From assembly GCA_964016885.1 (NCBI GenBank), contig OZ024741.1, positions 338,954,001 through 339,018,000 on the forward strand: a stretch of DNA of 64,000 bases, written 5' to 3'. This stretch comes from Eledone cirrhosa. Lineage: Eukaryota. The position numbers were made by a program, and so were the translations under genes. Below are positions 42,335 through 55,417 of this stretch, piece after piece (positions within the stretch are counted from its first letter, which is position 1; the number at the start of each line of letters is the position of its first letter). Under the pieces are notes generated by a model. It saw nothing but the letters and a program-made list of their open reading frames with translations, ran no database searches and was not told the DNA's origin.

Positions 42335-42523
42335 ATTGGTGGATTGGCAGTATCTGTAGAGAGTCGGATGCCATGCTTTGCAGTACAGTTATGTCCCTTT
42401 ACGGACTAAGTTCAAATCCCGCCAAGGTTAACTTTGCCTTTCATCCTTACCGGGTCGATAAAATAAAGTACCAGTAATACACTGGGATAATTGCTGGCCT
42501 TGTGCCAAAAGTAGAAACAATTA
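42335..42523 (+). mobile_element. SINE family A
   Basis: A and B boxes and central domain as above. Confidence 0.85.
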
Positions 42524-42546
42524 TATACTGTATATATATATATTTG

Positions 42547-43230
42547 GTTTGTTAAAATAATCAAATTAAATTAATTCGACAGTTAAACACACATACGAAT
42601 AATAGGGTTGTTACCATAGAGCCAGAAGATTGACAAGTTGACCCTAAATATAACTAATATCTCTAGGAAAGCCATGAACGATGTCACATCTTTTTAACTT
42701 TGATTTTGAAAGTAGGGTTTACAATTATTAATTTTCACTATAGTTTTGTTGCTGTCTCGGCGGCCTAGTTGGAAGAATCATAGAAGGTGGTGATTCTGGT
42801 CTGAAGTTCAATCCTGGTCGGGAGTAGGTTTGCCAGTAAACCTTTTGGGTTTTTTTTTAATGGAATGTAAAATAAAGACCGAAAAAGATTACATGCACCT
42901 CTCGACCAGGATTGAATCAAAGGCTAGGATATTCACCGTCTCTAGTACCTACCACTAGTCCACTGAGACAGCTACAAAAATCTACTGAAAATTTATACTT
43001 ATAAACCTACTTACAAAATTTTCAAAACAAAATGATGTGATGTCGTTCATGTCTTTCTTAATCTTATTGCTCCTGCTTAAGGTCGACTTCTAAATCATTT
43101 GGGTGTTCCATAAACTACATCCTCATTTTGTTTCTCATCTCTCTAGACTATATTTTAATCTGTAATCCATGTTTCATTTCTGTTGCACCTCGTTCCCCCC
43201 TCTCTCTCTCTTTCTCTTCTCTGTGATATT
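42547..43230. mobile_element. Unclassified element with internal inverted arms carrying tRNA-like modules; deleted copy at 40651-41145
   Basis: Two highly similar copies; A/B-box modules at 42754-42824 (+), 42900-42969 (-) and 40809-40879 (-). Confidence 0.7.
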
Positions 43231-44944
43231 TGCATGCATGAATGAATACGCTAAGCTTTAGATTTAGTAGAATGTACAACCATTGATTCCAGCAACTTGC
43301 ACTATCATACATTTTGGTTTCTATTAATTCCCTGGGGAATTGGTTGACCAAATGCTTTGCTTAATTGTTTTATTTATCTTAAAAATTTTTTTATTCTTTC
43401 TCTTAGACTTCAGATATTTTTTGAAAGTAAAACATTGGCCCCTAAAATACTACAGTGGGTCGTGCAATGCTACTGTGGGCTCCTGCAATGTTACCATGGG
43501 CCCACTTGCCATTGGGCAACTTGGCAACCTGGCCAGTCCGCCACTGCATATATATATGTACATATGTGTATGTATTATATATATATATATGTGTGTATGT
43601 ATGCATACTTACATTTATGTATCAGCTGTGCTGGAGTGAGAAATAAAATTCTAATTTTATTTATATATATATATATACACACACACATATATATATATAT
43701 GTGCTAGTTAAGTATTTAACTACAATTACTGGCAGTTCCCAGTTCAAAGCACTCATTGCTATTTCAATGTCCATTTCATGTTGGCTTATATTCCAGCAAT
43801 AAGGCAATCAATATTTAAACGATTGCAATTTGCCAATAAAGCTTATATATATGGTGCAACAGTGACTTCTTACTTATATATATATATATGATAGTTGATC
43901 AACAAGATCCCAGACCTCATTTGCTTAACAAGTGGGGTCAAATTGGACCAAGGAAACAACGTTTCCATAGGTTTTTCCAATTGCTAATACTATCTATCAG
44001 TCGCAACTCCAGGCAGAAGGAGCAACGTGAAATAAAGTGTCAAGGACATATGATGTTTCTTGGGCATTTTAAGCCTGACGGAGCCCATCCCTTTCCAGGC
44101 CTAAGTACAGCAGATTTCTTCCAGAGAAAGATAGAAAGTGAGAGAGTGGAAATGAGAAAGAGATATAGAAGAAGACTCTACCCCAGTACTAGACTGGTAC
44201 TTCTTTTTATCGACCTCGAAAGGATAAAAGGCAAAGTTGACCATGGCAGGATTTGAACTCGGAAAGCAGAGAGCTGGAAGAAATACCATAAAGCATTCTA
44301 TCTGACGTTCTAACGACTCTGCCAATTTGCCACCTATAGATTACTTGTCAAACGACCTAAACCTGAAGGGCTCAACAAATCTTCCCCTTAGTGCAGTTGT
44401 ATGAGAAAAAGAACAGAATTGACTATTTCAAAATAATTAAAATAATTTGTTCTGCCAGAGCTTGTTGTTTTTCAGAGAGGGTTCTGATTATAATTCTAAG
44501 AAAAAAGCATATTTACCTGCTGCTGAACATTACATATGTCGAACAATCCAACATGGCATACAATACTGTATGCATGCATAGAGCTAACAACAAGGTAAAA
44601 ATCTGTACATTACAGATTTAGTGACAAGTCTAAAATTATTACTAGAAGTACTAGCCAAGATAGACCGTCGAAAAACTTAACATTTGTTGAGCCCTCTAGC
44701 TTAACAAGTAATCTACCAAAATGAGTGACCAGTTCACTAGTCTGACATCAGCAAATTACAAAACATTACTATCTCAGAGGTATGAGCCAATAGACTGGGA
44801 GACTACCCTGAAGAAGAGAATATTGTGAAGGGGTGACAAGGAAAAAACGATTGTGGTAATAGGGACCACCCCCAAATATAGACCAATGAAAGGCTACACC
44901 CTCTAAGTGATGTATATGCTGCATACAAAATTTATCTTATATAT

Positions 44945-45960
44945 CATCATCATCACCACCACCACCACCACCATCATCATCAACATCATCATCATCATCA
45001 CCATAATTTTTATGTCTGTTTTTCTATGCTTGCATGGGTTGGACAGGTCCTCTTCAACACAGCCTCTCACAACTTGTATTCATTTTATCATCTCCTTTGT
45101 TAGGAAATCAATTTTAACCACATCTGTCTCCAGTCCTCCATGGTCTTCCACATCTGACCCCAGTCCTCCATGGTCTTCCACATCTGACCCGTCCTCCATG
45201 GTCTTCCACATCTGACCCCAGTCCTCCATGGTCTTCTACATCTGACCCCAGTCCTCCATGGCCTTCCACATCTGACCCCAGTCCTCCATGGTCTTCAACA
45301 TCTGCCCCATGTACTCCATAGTCCTCCACATCTGACCCCAGTCCTCCATGGTCTTCCACATCTGACCCCAGTCCTCCATGGTCTTCCACATCTGACCCCA
45401 GTCCTCCAGGGTCTTCAATATCTGCCCCATGTACTCCATAGTCCTCCACATCTGATCCCAGTCCTCCATGGTCTTCCACATCTTCCCCATGTACTCCATA
45501 GTCTTCCACTTTGGCAGCTTCCTTTCTTCATGGAACTTCTTTACTCAACTATCCTCATTCATATACACATTACATGTCGATACCAGTTCAGTCATCTCTC
45601 TTGTGCACAACATGCCATTTCTCTTATACCTAGTTCTTCTTTTAGCTTATCAGTAATTTGTTGTTTATACACATTGATGTTAGACATCCAACAGAGCATG
45701 TTCCCTTTATTTCTTCCTAGCCTACATACATATTCTGCATTTAGGCATTCAATCCCCAGTGTCTTTCAAATGTTACATTTCCCAACTTACAATCATCCTA
45801 CTGTCCACCATTGCTTGGAAAGAGAGTCCCAATAGATGTAATAGCTCCCTACACCTCTTCCACCTCCTTCTTATTGTGGATATAATGCTTTCCGACCACT
45901 CTCATCCGTTTCTTCTATGGAGCCTTCAAAGTATTGAAAAACTATATTTTACTGCTTTTC
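44945..45960 (-). mobile_element. Old degenerate RTE 3' fragment containing a minisatellite
   Basis: (CAT)n tail and GCTTGCATGGGTTGGAC end; residual similarity to the RT C-terminal region. Confidence 0.6.
45125..45509. repeat. 30-bp minisatellite, about 13 units
   Basis: Unit GTCCTCCATGGTCTTCCACATCTGACCCCA, with a variant unit containing TCTGCCCCATGTACTCCATAG. Confidence 0.95.
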
Positions 45961-46060
45961 AAACTGCTAGTCACTTCTAGACATTTACCATAAACAAAGA
46001 CTACATTCTTTGTCAACAATCTCACAATATCTTTTGTGTACCCATAATTTATGGTGACTA

Positions 46061-46324
46061 CTGGTTATATTAAAGGTCAATCTATAATATTAGAGTCAAG
46101 TCATCTTAATATAGTCTTTGTCCAGTCAATAACAGATATTTAGTTCATTTCCTGTAGATGGTTCTGTCACATTTGTGTACTCATAGTTTACATTGAGTAC
46201 CGGTTATATTATGGTCAATCTATAGTGTTACTGTCAAGTCATCTTAGTATAGTAGTCTATGTAGTTGTCTAGTCTATAGCAGATGTTTAGTTCAATTCCT
46301 GTAGATGGTTCTGTCACATTTTTT
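46061..46324. repeat. Local tandem duplication, two copies of about 115-125 bp
   Basis: GGTTATATTA..GGTCAATCTATA...GTCAAGTCATCTTA...CCTGTAGATGGTTCTGTCACATTT occurs twice. Confidence 0.85.
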
Positions 46325-46389
46325 TCTTGTCATATTTCACATGTGTGGAAATCTAAATTAAAGTTTAGCATAAAACTATTAATTATTAT

Positions 46390-46577
46390 GGGACGGTGAA
46401 TTGGCAGTATCGGTAGAGGGTAGGATATGCTTTCCAGCATAGTTACGTCCCTTTACGATCTGAGTTCAATTCTCGCCGAGGTTTACTTTGCCTTTCATCC
46501 TTACGGGGTCGATAAAATAAAGTACCAGTAATGTACTGGGATAATTGCTGGCCTTGTGCCAAAAGTAGAAACAATTA
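46390..46577 (+). mobile_element. SINE family A
   Basis: A and B boxes and central domain as above. An older relative lies at about 44170-44335 (-). Confidence 0.85.
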
Positions 46578-46578
46578 T

Positions 46579-46628
<50 letters not shown>

Positions 46629-46972
46629 TATATGTATGTATATATATATATATATGTATATTTATATACATCTATGTATATATTGTGAGTTTGATGCCTG
46701 AACCACTTGATGTGTTGTGTTCTTGAGCAAGACACTTATGCATTGCTCAAGTTTACTTAGCTGTAGAAATGAGTTGCAATGTCACAAGTTGTATCGGCCA
46801 TTGCTTTTCCTTTGGACAGCATTGGAGGCATGGAGAGGAGAGACTAGTATGCATGGGCGACTGCTGTTCTTCCACAAACAATCTTGCCCAGACGTGCTCA
46901 TCAGAGAGGAACATTCACGGTGCAAATCCCATGATCATTTGTACTCAAAGAGGGTCTTTACATTATACATAT

Positions 46973-47022
<50 letters not shown>

Positions 47023-47139
47023 AGTATATGTTGGTTGTTTACTGACACCTCAGTGAAGTGCGCAGGTTGGTTTGGTTACTCCGAAGTAATGTAAAATAAA
47101 ATAAATAAGTCAAATATTTAAAATTTGGCTTCGTTTATT

Positions 47140-47194
47140 ACTACTATATATATTTCGGTGACAGCCATCTTTTGCTGTGACCTCTTCAGGCAGT
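47140..47194 (-). ncRNA. Type-I hammerhead ribozyme
   Basis: ACUGC CUGAAGA GGUCACAGC...GCUGUCACC GAAAU-AUAU-AUA GUAGU. Confidence 0.78.
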
Positions 47195-47578
47195 CCGAAT
47201 TGGTGTGGTAGAGACGGGTACACATGTTGTTGAGGTGTTTAACTTTGTCAATACTCCGATATGCCCAGTTCCTGGTTGGGTTGTTATTTCTCTGAGGAAT
47301 CATATGAATTCTAACAAACGAATTTCAGTGTCAAAGGACATCCTCTCCTCCCATTGGTCAGTTGTGAGGACATTCCTCAGTCAAAAGTCTATAGAAATTC
47401 TTTCTGAGACGAGGCAATCTGTAGTGGTTGTTTTTGTTATTGTTAAGTACAGCTGACCTCCTCCCTTATGTTGGTAGTGGTGTTGGTCTTGGGGTCAGCT
47501 TAAGTCGGCTGCTGGTATTTTTAGAAGAATTTGTGTGTGTGTGTTGGCATCTATCCTGCCACCATTTCTTGGGGAAAT

Positions 47579-48223
47579 AAAAGGCAATAAAATGAAGAAA
47601 ATAAAAAATTAAAAAATTAAGAGAAAAATAAAATAAAATGAAATGTATATATATATATATATATATACACACGTGTGTGTATATATATATACATATATGT
47701 ATGTGTATATATTGATATATATATATATATATTGATATATATATATATCATCATCATCATCATCATTTTACGTCCACTTTTCCCTGCTTGCAAGAGTGGG
47801 ACGGGAACTGATTCTGGCTTGATTTCTACAGCTGGATGCCCTTCCTAACACCAACCTCATTTACAGTGAGTGCTGGGTGGTTTTGCCGTGGCACCTACAC
47901 GACCACTTTGCAGTGGAATGATAGGGACCCCAGTCCCTATCATCTCATTTCTACAGCTGAGTAAACTGGATCAATGTGAAATAAAGTATCTTGCTCAAGG
48001 AAACAACACACACGGCAAAAACCACCCAGCACTCACTGTAAATGAGGTTGGTGTTAGGAAGGGCATCCAGCTGTAGAAATCAAGCCAGAATCAGTTCCCG
48101 TCCCACTCTTGCAAGCAGGGAAAAGTGGACGTAAAATGATGATGATGATGATGATATATATATATATCAATATATATATATATCAATATATACACATACA
48201 TATATGTATATATATATACACAC

Positions 48224-48289
<66 letters not shown>

Positions 48290-48352
48290 TTCATTTTATT
48301 TTATTTTTCTCTTAATTTTTTAATTTTTTATTTTCGTCATTTTATTGCCTTT
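47579..48352. repeat. Inverted duplication (arms about 47579-47890 and 48011-48352)
   Basis: Arms comprise a SINE B 3' half, (TA)n and unique AT-rich flank. Confidence 0.9.
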
Positions 48353-48506
48353 TGGGGCTATTTTGGGGCTATTTTGGGGCTATTTTGGGGCTATTTTTGG
48401 GGGCTATTTTGACATCTTTTGGGGCTATTTTGGGGGCTTTTGTTTTTCTTATTTGGATCTTTGATAGTATTTTTCTATTCATTGTCTGTGTATATGACTG
48501 TGTGTG

Positions 48507-49116
<610 letters not shown>

Positions 49117-49261
49117 TATATGTGTTTGTATGTGTGTGTATATATATATATACATACATATATCTATATATATCTATATCTATATATATATGTATGTGTG
49201 TATATCATCATCATCATCATCTTCGTTTAACGTCCATCTTCCACGCTAGCATGGGTTAGAC

Positions 49262-49294
<33 letters not shown>

Positions 49295-50804
49295 CATTTC
49301 CTTCGTTATATATATATATATATATATATATAACGAAGGAAATGTGGTAAGGAACCAGGTGGACCATAACACACCAAAGTACTCAATACTTAGGGTAGTA
49401 GAGTGGGTAATAGGAACGAGTAGGACCCCGATGGCTAATTCTGGACTAAATTTAGTCCAGAAATAGCTGTCGAAACGGCTTGAGCTCAGCCGTCGGGGTT
49501 CTACTATATATATATATATATGTATATATAAAACAATATATATATATATATATATAACAATATATATATATATATACAGACACACACATATATATATGTA
49601 TACATTCACATATATGTAATCATATATATATATGTGTATGTATAACACTATGTTACAATGTGTGTGTATATAGAAATATGTGCATTTGTTGCTGCATTTG
49701 TATGTCTGACTGTGTATGTATATGTTTGTATATATAAGCACATGTGTGCCAGTAAATGTATGTATGTATTCGATCACAGCACCGTTGTTATTGTGTGTAT
49801 GTGTATGTATGTGTGTGTGTATGTGTATATGTATGTGTGTGTGTGTATGTATATAATTTTGTCTTCTATTATTATTATTATTGTCGTTATTGTTATTATT
49901 ATATATATATATATATTTTTTCCCCTGTGCAATGGCCATACTCGATAACGAGGGGGCAGCCATCATGTATGTAATGTGTGTGAGTGGGGGTGGAACAGGT
50001 TATGAGGGAGAAAGCCCTTTCCTTGTCTTGCAGGGGTCAGGGTAGGGGTTATATTTAATATTGGGGTTATTTTCTTTCTGGCCCACCGTCTGTCCCACTC
50101 ACTACCCAATATCTCTATCTGTCTGTCAGCATATCTGTCTGTCTATTGCACATACAGCTCAGACCCCACCCTGCACACTTCCTGCTTCAATTCCAACAGA
50201 ATTTCCATGGAAATATAAAAGAGAGTACCATGCTGATTTTTATCATAACTACAGCTCCTGTGCCACCACCACCACCACCACCACCACCACAACTACCACC
50301 ACCACTACCACCACCACATACAGAATAAATACTGACCACTGATGCCCTCAACACCACCACCTCCTCTACCACCAACACCACGACCACCAACAACAACAAC
50401 ATCACCACATACAGAATAAATACTGACCATTCCTGCCCTCACCACCACCACCACCACCACCAACAACAACAACACCATTACCACCACCACATACAGGATA
50501 AATACCACCACCATCACCACCACCACCACCATCACTGCTACTGCCGTCGCCACCACCACCACCACTACTATTAGAACCATCATCACTATTACTAGCAGTA
50601 ATGTTTCTGGTATATTTTACTGGTGCTGCTTTTACTACAGCCATAAATGCACCATGTTGTGTATATGTATGTGTGTGTGTAATATATAAAAATGTATATG
50701 TGTGTGTATATATACATATATATATGTATATGTGTGTGTATATATACATATATATATGTATATGTGTGTGTATATATACATATATATATGTATATATATA
50801 TATG

Positions 50805-51086
<282 letters not shown>

Positions 51087-51093
51087 CATCTAT

Positions 51094-51129
<36 letters not shown>

Positions 51130-51157
51130 CTATACACACACATATATATATATCTAT

Positions 51158-51192
<35 letters not shown>

Positions 51193-51215
51193 CATCTATA
51201 CACACACACACACAC

Positions 51216-51267
<52 letters not shown>

Positions 51268-51739
51268 GTAAGTCCACATAATACATCTATATTCTCTGCT
51301 TCACAACAAACAATTGCTTTTGTTTGATATTCTGACAGGTATTTTTGAAAGTTCCAATTAACTGCAATTTTGCTAAGAAATTCTGATGGCTGGGTAATGG
51401 TGTGGTAGTGTGATGGTGTAGTGGTGCTGTGAGGTGCAGTGATGTGGTGTGGTGTGGTGGGGGAGTGGTGTGTAGTGGTGGTTGTAGTGATGTGGTGTTG
51501 GAAGCTTTTTCTCTGCTGAGTGTTTGTGCATCTAAGGAAAAGTATACGTTAAATACTATAAGATTACCATCCCTAGCGCTAAGATTGGTGTTAACATTGC
51601 TAGCACGAACAGAGAATAAAATGAATCTTGATTTAATTGTCTCGGAAACTGTTCGACACAAAAGTTGTATTTCTGCGCTAAATTGTGCAATAAATTGCAT
51701 TATACTAAATGTCAGAATTCGCTTGCAGGAAAAAATACT

Positions 51740-52044
51740 CGTTCTTTCCTACTTTCTCTCTTTTTGACTATCTCTATTTCTTCCTTTTCCTCTTTCTTTT
51801 CTATCTATCATTACTTTCATACTTTCTCTATTTCTTTCTTTCCTTCTTTCTTTCTTTTATTCTTGCTGTCTTATTTCCTTCCATCTTTGCTTGTTTCCTT
51901 ATTTTCTTTTTTTCTTTCTTCCTATTCTTATTTTCCCTTTTTTTCTTTTCATTTTATGTTTATCTTGTATTTTATTTATTTATTTATTTATATATTTATA
52001 TATCTATATATTCTCTTTGTTGTTGTTTTTGTTGTTTCTTGCAG
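51740..52044 (+). promoter_or_regulatory. Long polypyrimidine tract and 3' splice acceptor upstream of the protocadherin ATG
   Basis: About 300 nt T/C-rich tract ending TTTCTTGCAG at 52044; implies an upstream 5'UTR exon. Confidence 0.6.
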
Positions 52045-52233
52045 AGTTTTAAACGATGAACACATCTCTTTCGGATCAAAGACATCGCTGCTGCTGTTGT
52101 TACTGTTGCTACTGCTGCTGCTGAAGATATAAACGTTGCTGCGTGCTAGGTTGGTTCTCTCTCTCTCACTCTCTCCTTTTTTTTTTTATTAGTTGTTCCT
52201 TTAGAGAGAAAAATATTCAGAGAAGAAGAGAGG

Positions 52234-54630
52234 ATGTGGATTATAATTATAGTATTACTGTTTTTATTCCATTGTTCCGTGGGCGTTGACCTCACCTACC
52301 ACGTGGAAGAGAGTCAAATGCCAGGTACGTATGTGGGAGACATTGCAGCAGATACACATCTTCTAGAAAGCTTTTCCCCCGAGGAACATCACCTTATTAC
52401 TTTCAGTCTTTTACAAGAGAGCACGGCAAGCCAATCCCAACTGTTCAACGTATCAAAAACAGGCAAGCTGTACACTGCTCAGACATTAGATGCAGAAACA
52501 CTTTGTAAATATAATACTAAATGTTTCAGTATGCTGGAAATTGCTGTACAACATAAACAATCATTTCTGAAGATTTTAGAAATACGTGTGTTAATAGTAG
52601 ATGTGAACGATCACAAGCCAGAGTTTCCACAAGATCGTGTGGAGATAAAACTATCAGAAGATTTCAGTAAAGGAACCAAAAGACTTATACCTAATGCCAT
52701 TGATAAAGATGTTGGAAGCTTAAATTCACAGATCTCATACCAGTTAAAAAACTTGAATGATCCATTCTCTCTGTTGGCTTCTAAACAAGAAGATAATCTT
52801 GCTAAACTGGAGATTATCTCAGAAGAAAAACTTGATCGGGAAATGAAAGATAATTACAAGTTACAAGTTATTGCTAAAGATGGAGGTTCTCCACCACAAC
52901 ATAGTGTCTTGAATGTTGAAGTGTTTATTACAGATGAAAATGATAACCCACCAGTTTTTTCTCAGAAAGTCTACAACATCTCTATTAAAAAATCTCACCG
53001 AAGAGATATGCCAATTGTTGTGTTATCAGCCACAGATATCGATTCAAAAGAAAATAAACAAATATCTTACAAATTTAACTCTAAAACATCAGATAACGCA
53101 AAATCTTTTTTTCAAGTAAACAGAAAAACTGGGGAGGTGTTTTTAGGTGAAAACTTCCCTTTTGATAAAAGACAAACTTATCAGTTACTAATCGATGCCC
53201 AAGATAGTGGCAATCCCCCATTAACATCCACAGCTGTTGTCATTGTAAATGCAATTAATCAACAGAACAATGCCCCCAAAATAGATGTTAAGTTTGTTTC
53301 CAAATCTAAAGGAAATACGGCGACAATTTCAGAGGGTCTGGAGATCGGTAGTTTTATAGCATATGTTAAAGTGATCGATAATGATATTGGTCGGAATGGT
53401 GAAGTCAGCTGTGAACTGAACCATGATAAATTTCAGTTACAGAGTCTTGGAAGGAGGAAGTATAAAGCAGTGATAAAAAATAAAGTAGATCGAGAATCTA
53501 AAAGACATTTTGAATTTAAAATTATTTGTACAGACGAAGGATCTCCTCCTTTGCAGACAGAAAGGAATTTCTCAATTGATGTGATGGATGTGAACGATGT
53601 ACAACCTCACTTTACCAAGGATGTATTTAAATTTCTAACTTATGAGAATGAAAATCCCAATTTCCCTGTTGGTTTTATAAATGCCACTGACCCTGATTTG
53701 GGATCAGGGGGCCAATTGACTTATTATATACTAAGTGACAATAAAGGAATGCTCCCATTTAAGATTTCTAATTTTGGGTTTATATCAACAACCCGGTCAC
53801 TGGACCATGAACAACAAGATGTTTACAAATTTAAGATTCTAGTAAAAGACAATGGTGAGCCATCCCTTAACAACACAGCAAATGTAATAGTCGAAGTTAT
53901 GGATGAAAACGACAATGCTCCCTATTTTACATTTCCTAGTGTTGACCCTTTCAGCTTAGATGTCCATCACCACCCCCAGAGTAAAAATGATATCACTGTT
54001 ATGAGAGCCTCTGATCGAGACAGTCGCGAGAATGCCTTCCTCAGATACGAAATACGTGGAGGAAATGAGAAACAGCTGTTTACGATCAATCCATTCTCAG
54101 GGATTCTATCTTTCTCTCGCATTGTTTACCAAAATGATGCTGGGTCTTATATTCTCCAGTTTGCTGTGAAAGACAGTGGCACACCAGTTCTGTCAGCGAC
54201 GACAACTCTGTCTTTGACGTTGACGGTTAGTAACAAGACATCTAGAATGTTCACCAGAGTTGATGTCCAGTCAGACAAGATGATTCATATTAATTTGGTC
54301 ATCATAATTGTGGTTGCTGCTGTGATTGTGTCAATGGCTATTGTAGTCTCTATTGCAGTGTGCTTAATCAGAAGAAACAGTCAGAGAAACATTCAATACT
54401 GCGATGGAGAAGACCCTTCAAATAAGTTCTTAGGGGAAAGCAAACAATCTGAATTGGTCTGCAAACAGATGTCCCCCAAATATGACATTCCCGTTCCCAT
54501 AGTAACAGATCTTGGCAGCCACAGGAACTCTCTAGCAACATTGTTGAGAAGGGAATCACATTCGACCTATAAATCGGATGACCAGTGGAAGGGGATTCAA
54601 CCTCAGCCAGAACGACAAGAAATACATCAG
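52234..54630 (+). CDS. Protocadherin, large coding exon (signal peptide, 6 cadherin repeats, TM helix, start of cytoplasmic tail); spliced to downstream exon(s)
   Basis: Signal peptide MWIIIIVLLFLFHCSVG. EC1 has PGTYVGDIAAD and CKYNTKC (C-x5-C). Linkers are DVNDHKPEF, DENDNPPVF, NQQNNAPKI, DVNDVQPHF and DENDNAPYF. LDRE/VDRE/LDHE and AxDxGxPP motifs are present. TM is LVIIIVVAAVIVSMAIVVSIAVCLI. Donor CAG|GTGAGT at 54630/54631, phase 0 (799 codons); the ORF-track extension to 54894 runs into a (TTG)n intron. Confidence 0.95.
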
Positions 54631-54867
54631 GTGAGTCATATATTGTTATTGTTGTTGTTGTTATCACTGCTGCTGTCATCGTTGTTGTTGTTGTTGATGT
54701 TGTTGCTGTCCTTGTCACTGCTATTGTTGTTGTCATTGTTGTTGTTATTTAGTCCCAGGTTAGCCTGGATACATCAGAATTATGATCAAATATATTCCAG
54801 TCAGGAATTTTCTGTTTTTCGGAGGGGTATGTCTCCGACTAAATTATCTAACATGTTCCTTCCTTAT

Positions 54868-55417
54868 TTAACCCTTTTGATACCAACTACCTGAAGTTTC
54901 CCCTGGTTTTATGGTTCAAAATTGTTTATATTTATCTAGAAACCTTCCACCATAATACAGTGTGTTTCTTTAGAAATATGGTAATAAACGTGTTAAACAA
55001 ATAGAGTGTGTTTTTATTAGAAATATGGCAATGATAGTGTTAAACAAATAGAGTGTTTTTCTTAGAAATATGGTAATGAAAGGGTTAAATGTAGGCAGTG
55101 TTTTTTATTAGAAATATGTCAATAAAAAGGTTTAAAAAATAGGGTGTGTTTTTATTAGAAATATGGTAATGAAAGTGTTAAACAAATAGAATGTGTTTTT
55201 AAGAGAAATGTGGTAATGAAAGGGTTAAATGAAGGCAGTTAAATGATGGCAGTCACAGGAACTCTCTAGCAACATTGTTGAGAAGGGAATCACATTCGAC
55301 CTATGGTAATGAAAGGATTTAAAAAACAGGGTGTGTTTTTATTAGAAATATGATAATGAAAGGGTTAAACGTAGGTAATGTTTTTTTCATTAGAAATATG
55401 ATAATGAAAAGGTTAAA
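54868..55417 (+). repeat. piggyBac-like non-autonomous element whose right end is expanded into about 9 tandem 46-47 bp units
   Basis: Starts TTAA-CCCTTTTGATACC. Units are GTGTGTTTTTATTAGAAATATGGTAATGAAAGGGTTAAA..., ending in GGG-TTAA. An unexpanded relative lies at 35182-35660. Confidence 0.65.

Noticed and set aside
48349-48437. TTTTGGGG repeats as telomeric sequence
   Set aside because: The unit is 11 bp (TTTTGGGGCTA) and does not match the TTAGGG expected in molluscs.
51570-51600. CGCT and inverted CCAAT motifs resembling vertebrate clustered-protocadherin promoter elements
   Set aside because: Motifs of 4-5 nt occur by chance, and no paralog is present in the window for comparison.
54631-54894. 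C-terminal 87 aa of the 886-aa ORF
   Set aside because: It lies after a consensus splice donor and consists of (TTG)n and repeat sequence; most likely intron.
54957-55417. CRISPR-like appearance (repeats with one unique insert)
   Set aside because: Units are contiguous and degenerate with no regular spacers or cas genes, in a eukaryotic context; the insert is a local exon copy.
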